From assembly GCA_963810095.1 (NCBI GenBank), contig CAWEMM010000001.1:1-64000 (forward strand): a stretch of 64,000 bases of DNA, written 5' to 3'. Position 1 is the first letter of the stretch, and each line of letters starts with the position of its first letter. This DNA comes from an uncultured Chloroflexia bacterium. Lineage in GTDB: Bacteria; Chloroflexota; Anaerolineae; CG2-30-64-16. The notes under the pieces are model-generated. The model worked only from the letters and a program-made list of their open reading frames with translations. It was not told where the DNA came from and made no database searches. The translations under genes were made by a program, and so were the position numbers. Positions 18,757 to 26,468 of this stretch are shown here, one piece after another.

Positions 18757-19851
18757 ATGGCCACCGACCCTGACTGGTTCCCCGCCGAGACGCTTAGCTT
18801 CGCTCCTCCCGGCAGCCAACAGATGGCCGTGGCCGCGTCTGGCGACGTGGTGCACCTCGTCTGGGTGCACGCCAAAACCCTCTACCATGCGCGCCGGATT
18901 GGGGGCGCGTGGCAGCCGCCGGTGAAGGTCGCGGGCGGCGAGCAGCCCGCCGTGGCAGTCGGGCCGGACGGCACGCTCTACTGCACCTACGCCAACTGGT
19001 TCCTCGGCAACCGGGACATCTACTTCTCTTCGTTCACCGGCGACAAATGGAGCCTGTCGCAGGTTGTCTCGCGCACGACCGGTGAGTCGTCTGATCCGGC
19101 CATCTGCGTGGGCGGGGACGGGGTGGTGCACCTGGCCTGGGCCGACACGACGCCCGGCTACTCGATCATCTATTATGGAGTGCGCGACCGCGGGGGCTGG
19201 AATTACGCGCCGGTGCCCAACGGCAAGGGCAGCCGGCCGAGCATTTCCACGCCAACGTCCGGGCCGGCTGGGCCTGTCTATGTTGCGTGGCAGGACCGGC
19301 TAGCAAGCTCGAACACGGGTGCCTACGAGGTCTTGGTTGGGATCAAGCGGAACGGCGACTGGTCGCTGCCGGCCATGGTCTCGGACAGCCGCAACGCGCA
19401 CTCTCTCGCGCCCAAAGTTGCGACGGGCAGCGGCGACTTGTGCCACGTGGTGTGGCAGGAAGAGCGCGACGGCATTTACGTGATCCGGCATTCAGATCTG
19501 TGGCCGAACGGCTGGGAGGCTTGCTTCGACGTTTCGGACCCAGCCGTCGATGCTCGGCTGGCAGTGGCGCTCGCACACAAACTTGGGCTGTTCCAGTTCG
19601 TGTGGTCGGAGGGCGCGGTGCTGAAGCACAGGGTGCGACCGGGCGAACCGCAGGGCGTGTGGTGGGAGCCGGAGATCGTGTGCGAGGACTGTGCGGGGTT
19701 GAGCGAGCTGGCCGCTGCCCAGGGCGGCAGCGGCGACCTGCACGTCGTGTTCAGCCGCTGGCCGAACGGCGGCGAGCGTCAGTTCTTTTATGTGCGGCGG
19801 AAGGCGCTGGAACGCCAGAAGGTGTTCCTGCCGGTTGTGGGACGCTCGTAA
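18757..19851 (+). CDS. BNR-like beta-propeller protein with C-terminal VFLPVV motif
   Basis: Repeated 'P.IAV...G.VHLVW' blades; GAGGAG RBS; ends KVFLPVVGRS. Confidence 0.7.
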   Translation: MATDPDWFPAETLSFAPPGSQQMAVAASGDVVHLVWVHAKTLYHARRIGGAWQPPVKVAGGEQPAVAVGPDGTLYCTYANWFLGNRDIYFSSFTGDKWSLSQVVSRTTGESSDPAICVGGDGVVHLAWADTTPGYSIIYYGVRDRGGWNYAPVPNGKGSRPSISTPTSGPAGPVYVAWQDRLASSNTGAYEVLVGIKRNGDWSLPAMVSDSRNAHSLAPKVATGSGDLCHVVWQEERDGIYVIRHSDLWPNGWEACFDVSDPAVDARLAVALAHKLGLFQFVWSEGAVLKHRVRPGEPQGVWWEPEIVCEDCAGLSELAAAQGGSGDLHVVFSRWPNGGERQFFYVRRKALERQKVFLPVVGRS

Positions 19852-19885
19852 GAGCGAGGCACCTGTCATCGCCGCCAGAGGAAGA

Positions 19886-19915
19886 GTAAGGGCGAGGCAA
19901 ATGCCTCGCCCCCAC
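19886..19915. repeat. GTAG-type REP hairpin (family D), with a degenerate copy at 19848-19873
   Basis: GTAAGGGCGAGGCA-AA-TGCCTCGCCCCCAC between convergent genes. Confidence 0.7.
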
Positions 19916-19934
19916 AGGCGGATGGTGCGCTCCC

Positions 19935-20615
19935 CTATTTTTTCTTCGCCCGCTTGGCCATCGTGCTGCGCCAATGCGGAATCACGCCGGTGATGCGGCC
20001 CCCGGCTTTCCCCTGCGCCAGGCCAGCCAGAAACGCTTCGGGGTTGGACTTGAACGGCGGCAGTTCCACGTAAGCCGCGCCGATTTCAGGGAGGGTATGC
20101 CCGTCGCTGCCGGCCGTGCCCGCCTTGCCATGCCGGGCCGCGAGCTCGGCGGCCCGGCGGTTGTCGGCCATCAACAGGCAGCGGGCGTTCATCACCTCGA
20201 GCGCGTCCACCTGGTCAATCAGCTTGAGCGTCTTTTCCTCGCCCATGGCAGAGTTGCGCAGACGGTCGAGCGGATGCGACACGCTGATCACGGCGCCCTG
20301 CTTACGCAAGAGGGCAATTGCGTCCGCAGGTGGGAGACCCCGTGGGATCTGCTCGGTCACGAAGTAGGCGATCAACTCGCCGCCCCAGGCCGTGTCAATT
20401 TCCTGCCCAACGATGATCAGGTCCGGCGCAAGCGCGTACGCCTCGCGGGCGCCTTCGATCGTGTTGTGATCGGTCACGGCCAGTTTTGCCAGCCCGACCT
20501 CCCGCGCCCGTTCGATCAGCGCCCTCGGATCCGTCAGGCTATCCTTCGAGACATAGGTGTGGCTGTGCAAGTCGATCCGCCAGAGGCCACGCACCGGGTC
20601 ATCTCTACGCGCCAC
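19935..20615 (-). CDS. PHP-domain phosphoesterase
   Basis: DLHSHT, AVTDHN, SHP and GSDGH motifs. Confidence 0.9.
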   Translation of the reverse strand: MARRDDPVRGLWRIDLHSHTYVSKDSLTDPRALIERAREVGLAKLAVTDHNTIEGAREAYALAPDLIIVGQEIDTAWGGELIAYFVTEQIPRGLPPADAIALLRKQGAVISVSHPLDRLRNSAMGEEKTLKLIDQVDALEVMNARCLLMADNRRAAELAARHGKAGTAGSDGHTLPEIGAAYVELPPFKSNPEAFLAGLAQGKAGGRITGVIPHWRSTMAKRAKKK

Positions 20616-21822
20616 GGCTGCGCCTCCTGAGCATTGCGGCGGCGACCACTGCTGCGCCGAGGGCAACGCTGCCGGCTGCGATGGCGGCCGTGCGCGGCTC
20701 CATGCCCGGCATGACCACTTCCCCGTCGCCGTACGACTCGAAGAGGCGCCCCCACTTCGTGTCGAGCGCCGCCTGCACCCTGGGGCGGCCGACAAATGGA
20801 TACCAGTAGACGTTGTGATAGAAGTTGGACGCGAAGTAGCTCCAGGGCACCAGCGGCGAGCGCAGCAGCAGGTTCTCGAACGGCTTGAGCGCCCCGTGAT
20901 AGATCATTTTCTGCCCGCGGCTGGCAAAGGTGTCTTCCTGGACGAAGGCCCAATCTTCCGCCGAGATGTCCTCGCCGACGATCTCGATCTCCTTGGGATC
21001 GCCTATGCCTAGCCCCAGCTCATGCGCCAAGCGGATGAACTTCAGGTCCATCGGATTGAACCCCTGCAGCTTGGCGGAGATGGCGTCAATCGCAACCTGG
21101 TCGGCCGACGCCAGCAGGATGTCCTTCTCGTGCCAGCGCATCGCCCGCGGGCCAGGACCGTCGCCGGCGAAGGTCCCATCCATCACGGCGAACAGCCCGG
21201 AGTGGATCTCCTGCTGGATCGCGAGCAGGTCGACTACCGTCTCGTGGATGACGCCGTGGGTCCAATGCCGCTTCTCGTTGAGCAGGCCACCGAACGCATT
21301 CTTCATCGCGCCCGTGATCGTGGTGAAGACATGTGTCTTCACGGTAGGCAGATGGATGATGTTCCGGTCGAAGAAGAAGGCGGGGATAAGAATCCCCTCG
21401 GGGAAGACGCGATCGAGCACGAGCATGGGCGCCTTGGGCGTATAGCGCACCCACTCGACCTCAGGCTCGTACAGGTGGACGTTGCGGAGGCCATACTTGT
21501 CGACAACGATCTTCTGCTTGTTGTTGCGCTCGGCCACATAGGCGTCGACCACGACCGTCTTATTATGCGCGGCCGCCACGTCGCGGTAGCCGTCACGCTG
21601 CAACTGCCTGGCGACGCCCTCGATCTGCCAGGGCGTGCTGGAGCACGCGGGGTACCAGGTCTGCCACGAGACGTTGACCTTGACGATGGTTTCGTGGTCT
21701 TTCGGCAGCGCGTCGCGGTAGCCCGCCATGACCATCAGCCGGCCGATGTCGTCGACGACGGTCTCGGGCCGTGTGCGCACGACGGCCACCTTGCCCTTGC
21801 CGGGAAAGTCGTGTGAGATCAT
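20605..21822 (-). CDS. DUF362-domain protein with C-terminal membrane anchor
   Basis: HLPTVKTHVFTTITGAMKNAFGGLL, GDGPGP and ASADQVAIDA motifs; hydrophobic tail plus RRRSR. Confidence 0.85.
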   Translation of the reverse strand: MISHDFPGKGKVAVVRTRPETVVDDIGRLMVMAGYRDALPKDHETIVKVNVSWQTWYPACSSTPWQIEGVARQLQRDGYRDVAAAHNKTVVVDAYVAERNNKQKIVVDKYGLRNVHLYEPEVEWVRYTPKAPMLVLDRVFPEGILIPAFFFDRNIIHLPTVKTHVFTTITGAMKNAFGGLLNEKRHWTHGVIHETVVDLLAIQQEIHSGLFAVMDGTFAGDGPGPRAMRWHEKDILLASADQVAIDAISAKLQGFNPMDLKFIRLAHELGLGIGDPKEIEIVGEDISAEDWAFVQEDTFASRGQKMIYHGALKPFENLLLRSPLVPWSYFASNFYHNVYWYPFVGRPRVQAALDTKWGRLFESYGDGEVVMPGMEPRTAAIAAGSVALGAAVVAAAMLRRRSRGA

Positions 21823-21844
21823 TTGCACGCCTCCGTTAAGCAAA

Positions 21845-21938
21845 AATAGGACGCAGATCGGACTGATTGAACTGATTCACATGATCTTCTCCCAAAGATC
21901 ACCATGATCAGTCTCACCAGTTCAATCAGCGTCCTATT
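21845..21938. repeat. ~95-bp periodic palindromic element, family A copy 3
   Basis: AATAGGACGCAGAT CGGACTGAT TGAACTGAT TCACATGAT ... ATCAGCGTCCTATT. Confidence 0.85.
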
Positions 21939-21958
21939 CCAAATCGGCTGGGACGAGC

Positions 21959-24037
21959 TTATTCTTCCTCGCCCTCTTCGCGTTCCTTCTTGGCCTGGGC
22001 GATGATGCCGTCGGCGATGTGCGCCGGCACCGGCTCGCGGTGGCTGAACTTCATCGAGTAAACGCCGCGCCCCTGGGTAATCGAGCGCAACTCGATCGCA
22101 TAGCGCTGCATCTCGGCAAGCGGCACCTGCGCCGTGATGACGCCCTTGCCCTTGTTCTGCTCCATGCCCTGCACCCGGCCGCGGCGGGTGTTCAAGTCCG
22201 ACATGATGTCGCCCATGTACTCCTCGGGCACGGTAATCGTCACATCCATGATCGGCTCGAGCAGGACGGGATTCGCGGCCAGGAAGGTCTTCTTGAAGAC
22301 CTCGCGGCCGGCGATCTGGAAGGCAATGTCCTTGGAGTCGACCGGGTGCATCTTGCCGTCGTACACTTCGCAGCGCACGTCGACCACGGGGTAGCCGGCC
22401 AGCGGTCCGTGTTCGAGCCGGGAGCGGATGCCCTTTTCGATCGACGGGAAGAAGCTGTTCTGAATCGCGCCACCGAAGACCCGGCTCGTGTCGAACTCGA
22501 AGCCCGTGCCGCGCTCGAGCGGCTTGATCTCCATGTGGACTTCGCCGAACTGGCCCGCGCCGCCCGTCTGCTTCTTGTGGCGGTGGTAGTCCGCCGCGCT
22601 CTTGGTGATGGACTCGTTGTAGGGCACCTTCGGCACTGCAGTCAGCAGGCCCAAGCCGAATTTCGCCTCCATGCGGCGGATCGCCAGGTCCAGGTGCACT
22701 TCGCCCATGCCTGACAGAATGACCTCGGCGGTGCCCTGCTCGGTGCGCACTTGGAGGGTTGGGTCTTCCTCGGTGATGCGGTTGAGCGTGGGGCCCATCT
22801 TGGCCGAGTCGGCCTTCGTCTTAGGGGTGACGGCTACCGAGTACAGCGGCTCGGGATACGCCGGCGGCGTCAACGTCAGCTGGTGGCCGCGGTCGCACAG
22901 CGTGTTGTTCGTGGCCGTCGCGGCCAGCTTGTTTACGATACCGATGTCACCCGCGGTGATCTCGCTCGCGGCCAACTGCTCCTTCCCGCGCGGATGGAAC
23001 ACCTGGCTCACCCGCTCCTCGGTGCCGCTGGGAAGGCTGTAGACGCGGGAATCGCCGCGCATGATGCCGGAGAAGACCCGGAAGTAGGACATCTTGCCGA
23101 CGTAAGGATCGGCCACGGTCTTGAAGACGAACGCCGCGAGGGGCCCTGTTGCATCGGCCTTGAGGGTCTCTTCAGTCCCATCGGGGCGCTGCGCGACCAC
23201 CGGTTTAACCGCCGGATTAGGCATGAACGCAACGATCGCGTCCATGAACGGGCGGATGCCGACGTTATTGGCTGCAGACCCGCAGAACACCGGGATGACC
23301 TTGCCAGAGACGATACCGGCCTTAAGGCCGCGGTTAATCTCGTCGGCCGTAAGTTCCTCACCCTCGAGGTACTTCATAATGAGCTCGTCGTCGCCCTCGG
23401 CTGCGGCCTCGATGAGCTGCGTGCGGGCGTCGTCCACTTCCGCGGCCAAGCTGCCCGGGACGTCAGAGGCGCTCGCACCTTCGCCCATGTAAGCCTTCTG
23501 GCTGACCAGGTCGATGATGCCCTTGAACTCGCCGCCCTCGCCAATCGGGATCTGCACCGGGACGATCGTACCGCTAAAAACCTCGCGCAGGTTGTCCAGC
23601 ACGCGGGAGAACTGAGCGTTCTCGCGGTCCATCTTGTTCACAAACACGACGCGCGGCAGTTCGCGCTCGTCCAGGTAACCCCAGCCCAGCTCCGTGCCAA
23701 CTTCGACGCCCGAGACCGGGTCGATCACGATAATGCCGGCATCGGCCACCGCGATGGCGCCCTTCGTCTCGCCGACGAAGTCGATAAACCCGGGGGTATC
23801 CAGGACATTGATCTTATGACCCTTGTGCTCGCATGGCACGACCGCGGAGCCGACGGAAATCCGGCGGCGGATCGCTTCGTCGTCCCAGTCTGCCACAGTG
23901 GTGCCATCCTCAACACGGCCGCGGCGATTCGTCGCACCGGTATTGAAGACCATTGCCTCGGCCAACGTCGTCTTGCCCGAACTGGAGTGCCCGATCAGGG
24001 TGACGTTGCGAAGCTGCGCGGTAGTATAACTTGCCAT
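21959..24037 (-). CDS. fusA: Elongation factor G paralog (EF-G2-like)
   Basis: GHSSSGKTT, DTPG, NKMD, KKQTGGAGQFG and GKMHPVDS motifs; switch I RRISV instead of RGITI; not in an rpsL-rpsG operon. Confidence 0.9.
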   Translation of the reverse strand: MASYTTAQLRNVTLIGHSSSGKTTLAEAMVFNTGATNRRGRVEDGTTVADWDDEAIRRRISVGSAVVPCEHKGHKINVLDTPGFIDFVGETKGAIAVADAGIIVIDPVSGVEVGTELGWGYLDERELPRVVFVNKMDRENAQFSRVLDNLREVFSGTIVPVQIPIGEGGEFKGIIDLVSQKAYMGEGASASDVPGSLAAEVDDARTQLIEAAAEGDDELIMKYLEGEELTADEINRGLKAGIVSGKVIPVFCGSAANNVGIRPFMDAIVAFMPNPAVKPVVAQRPDGTEETLKADATGPLAAFVFKTVADPYVGKMSYFRVFSGIMRGDSRVYSLPSGTEERVSQVFHPRGKEQLAASEITAGDIGIVNKLAATATNNTLCDRGHQLTLTPPAYPEPLYSVAVTPKTKADSAKMGPTLNRITEEDPTLQVRTEQGTAEVILSGMGEVHLDLAIRRMEAKFGLGLLTAVPKVPYNESITKSAADYHRHKKQTGGAGQFGEVHMEIKPLERGTGFEFDTSRVFGGAIQNSFFPSIEKGIRSRLEHGPLAGYPVVDVRCEVYDGKMHPVDSKDIAFQIAGREVFKKTFLAANPVLLEPIMDVTITVPEEYMGDIMSDLNTRRGRVQGMEQNKGKGVITAQVPLAEMQRYAIELRSITQGRGVYSMKFSHREPVPAHIADGIIAQAKKEREEGEEE

Positions 24038-24169
24038 TACCCCTCCTCGACAGGGTGAACCGATAGGATTATTAGTGCTGAAGAAGCTGTCGAGGCGTTT
24101 TGAGTGCCGCCCGACGATGATGTACATGGAAAGCGACCGGCGGTGCTTCAGCCGGTCGTCAACCCTTAG

Positions 24170-24198
24170 ATTTTACGCCCAAATGATCGAACTGTCAA
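24170..24198 (-). promoter_or_regulatory. Sigma70-type promoter of the EF-G paralog
   Basis: Minus strand TTGACA-17-TAAAAT. Confidence 0.7.
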
Positions 24199-24218
24199 AG
24201 AAATCACTATAATTGCTA

Positions 24219-25526
24219 CTACGACAACTGATCGTACAACCTCTCCGCCCGGCTCTCCATCTCGGCGAGCACCCGGCCCTCGTCGATGGTCGTCAGTTCG
24301 CCGTCGCGCAGCAGCCAATCTCCGCCCACCATGACGTCGCTGACGTCGCCGGGGCGGGCTGCGGTGAGAACGGCCGTCAGCGGATCGCGCATGGGCCACA
24401 GGTGCGCCCTGCGCTCGTCGACGAGGATCAGATCGGCGCACCGGCCGGGCGCCAGCACGCCGCTGTTGGTGAAGCCGAGCACCTGGGCGCCGCCCCACGT
24501 TGCCAGCCGCAGGGCGTCTGCCCGCTGAGCCACCCCGCCGCGCAGGTCGACGCGAGCGTCGCGCATGGCGTCAAACATGTCGAGGCTGCCCACCAGGCCC
24601 GCGCCGTCCGTCCCCAGGCCCACGGAGATGCCCGCCGCCCGCAACTGGTCGATGGGCGCCTGGCCCAACCCCGACGCCCGTTGAGCGCTGGGACAGGCCA
24701 CCGCACACGCGCCACGGGCGGCCAAGATCGCGATGTCGAACTCAGACAGGTAGGCGGCGTTGGCGCAAACCACCGGTACGTCGAGCACGCCGTTGTTATT
24801 CAGGACCTCGATCGGGGTCATGTCATACGCGAGCGTCGAAAAGTCGACCTGCTCCTGCGACTCACTGACTCGGAGGTGGATGCCAATGCCCAGGCGTGCG
24901 GCCACTGCGGCGGAGCGTGCAAGGAACTGGGGGGAGCAGAGATAAGGCGAGTGCGGCCCGAGCGTAGTCTTGATGCGCCCTCCGGCGGCGCCGTTCCACT
25001 TCTCGGCGAACCCCACGATGGCCGCGATGTCGCCGCCAATCTCGCCGTCGTCCGAGCCGAACGTGCACCAGGAAAGGTTGGCGCGCAGCCCGCTTTCCAG
25101 CGTCGCGCGGGCGACCGCATCCATGAAGAAATACTGGTCGCCAAAGCCCACCGTGCCCCCCCGGATGAGCTCGGCAAAGGCCAGCAACCCTGCCCAGTAA
25201 GCGTCTTCGGCCGTCAGGGGAGACACGTGCTCACGCTGCACCTGGCCGTCCTGCGTGATGCGCAAGTCGAACCACGGATCGAGGCTGTCATGCGGCGGAA
25301 GCCCGCGGCTGAAAACCGTGCCCGAATGCATGTGGGCGTTGAAGAAGCCGGGCATGACGACATGGTGGCGGGCGTCGACGATCTGGTCGGGGACAAAGTC
25401 CGCAGGGAGGCCTTTGCCTACGCCGGCGATCAAGCCATCGGAAACGGCCACGTCGGTGCTGAGGAGTGGCGCGGCGCCCGCTTCCATGGTCAGGACGTCG
25501 CCCCCCCGGATCAGGATGTTCGTCAT
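24219..25526 (-). CDS. Amidohydrolase (MTA/SAH deaminase-like) with substituted active-site histidines
   Basis: VMPGFFNAHMH, GPHSPY, LGTDG and GRCADLI motifs; AGAAGGAG RBS. Confidence 0.85.
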   Translation of the reverse strand: MTNILIRGGDVLTMEAGAAPLLSTDVAVSDGLIAGVGKGLPADFVPDQIVDARHHVVMPGFFNAHMHSGTVFSRGLPPHDSLDPWFDLRITQDGQVQREHVSPLTAEDAYWAGLLAFAELIRGGTVGFGDQYFFMDAVARATLESGLRANLSWCTFGSDDGEIGGDIAAIVGFAEKWNGAAGGRIKTTLGPHSPYLCSPQFLARSAAVAARLGIGIHLRVSESQEQVDFSTLAYDMTPIEVLNNNGVLDVPVVCANAAYLSEFDIAILAARGACAVACPSAQRASGLGQAPIDQLRAAGISVGLGTDGAGLVGSLDMFDAMRDARVDLRGGVAQRADALRLATWGGAQVLGFTNSGVLAPGRCADLILVDERRAHLWPMRDPLTAVLTAARPGDVSDVMVGGDWLLRDGELTTIDEGRVLAEMESRAERLYDQLS

Positions 25527-25532
25527 GCTGCT

Positions 25533-25885
25533 CCTTCTGTTGGCGGGGCCGATTGGCCCCCGCCGCGCGTTTCCGTACTTGCCTTCTGTTGGCGGGGGCC
25601 GATTGGCCCCCGCCGCCCCCATTTCGGGGGCATTCGCCCCCGAAACCCCCAAAGGCTACGCTCCTCGCGCGGCTTTCGCCACGTCCCCCGCCGGTCGCCA
25701 TCTCCCGGCGACGTACATGTGGCACGCGCCCCACGATGACTGTTCCGTGCGAGCTGCTGACTGGCGGTCCCGCCCCGGCAACGGCGCAGGCACGACAAGC
25801 GGCGCACATCCCCGGTCGGCGAGTGCCTTTGGGGGTCGAGGGGGCGAAGCCCCACGGCGGGGGGGTGGGGGCGAGCCGCCCCCAC
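25533..25885. repeat. Composite GC-rich multi-hairpin inverted element (REPIN/MITE-like)
   Basis: Duplicated CCTTCTGTTGGCGGGG(G)CCGATTGGCCCCCGCCGC; exact IR ACCCCCAAAGGC (25645) / GCCTTTGGGGGT (25825); mirror-image double hairpins. Confidence 0.7.
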
Positions 25886-26094
25886 TAAATACGCTGCCCC
25901 ATCCGAACCTACAACACCGGCAGGGTGGAGGCCCCCACGACAAACGCCTAACCACGACGAGTCTACAACACCTGCAAGGCGCGAGCAAACGCTTCCTGTG
26001 CGTGCGGTCGTGTGCCCGGCGCATCTGCCGCCCGGGGGGCTTGTGCCGCTGTGCGCATTTGCGCACCACCGCGCACTCGCCTATACTCACGCGC

Positions 26095-26466
26095 ATGTCC
26101 CAATACCGCTGCCATATCTTCGTTTGCACTTATGGCGCCTGGTGCTCCCGCGACGGCGACACGGACGGCATCGTCAAACGATTGAAACAGGCCGTCAACG
26201 CGGCCGGTCTCCGCGGCCAGGTCCGCATCAACAGGTCCGGCTGCCTCAACCAGTGCGGCCACGGCCCAATGTTAGTGGTTTATCCACAGGATCGTTGGTA
26301 CCACCACGTGAGGCCGGAAGACGCGGCAGAACTGATCGAAGCGGAGCTCGTGCAGGGCGAGCCGTTGACCCGCCTCCTGTACCTTGCGCCGCCCGGCGAC
26401 AACAAGGATCTCTCCCGATACCCCCCCGAGTTAGTGGCTGCCGAACAGGCGAAAAAAGGCGACTGA
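26095..26466 (+). CDS. Thioredoxin-like [2Fe-2S] ferredoxin
   Basis: HIFVC..C and SGCLNQCGHGPMLVVYP..WY motifs; TATACT 7 nt before ATG (leaderless-like). Confidence 0.88.
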   Translation: MSQYRCHIFVCTYGAWCSRDGDTDGIVKRLKQAVNAAGLRGQVRINRSGCLNQCGHGPMLVVYPQDRWYHHVRPEDAAELIEAELVQGEPLTRLLYLAPPGDNKDLSRYPPELVAAEQAKKGD

Positions 26467-26468
26467 TC

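Noticed and set aside
21959-24037. Stand-alone EF-G-like gene as a tetracycline ribosomal protection protein or novel factor
   Set aside because: Length and domain IV/V motifs fit the widespread EF-G2 paralogs.
25890-26094. Cobalamin riboswitch upstream of the ferredoxin/phosphatase genes
   Set aside because: No B12-box or GGGAA/GCCACTG motifs found, and the -10 box lies right at the start codon.
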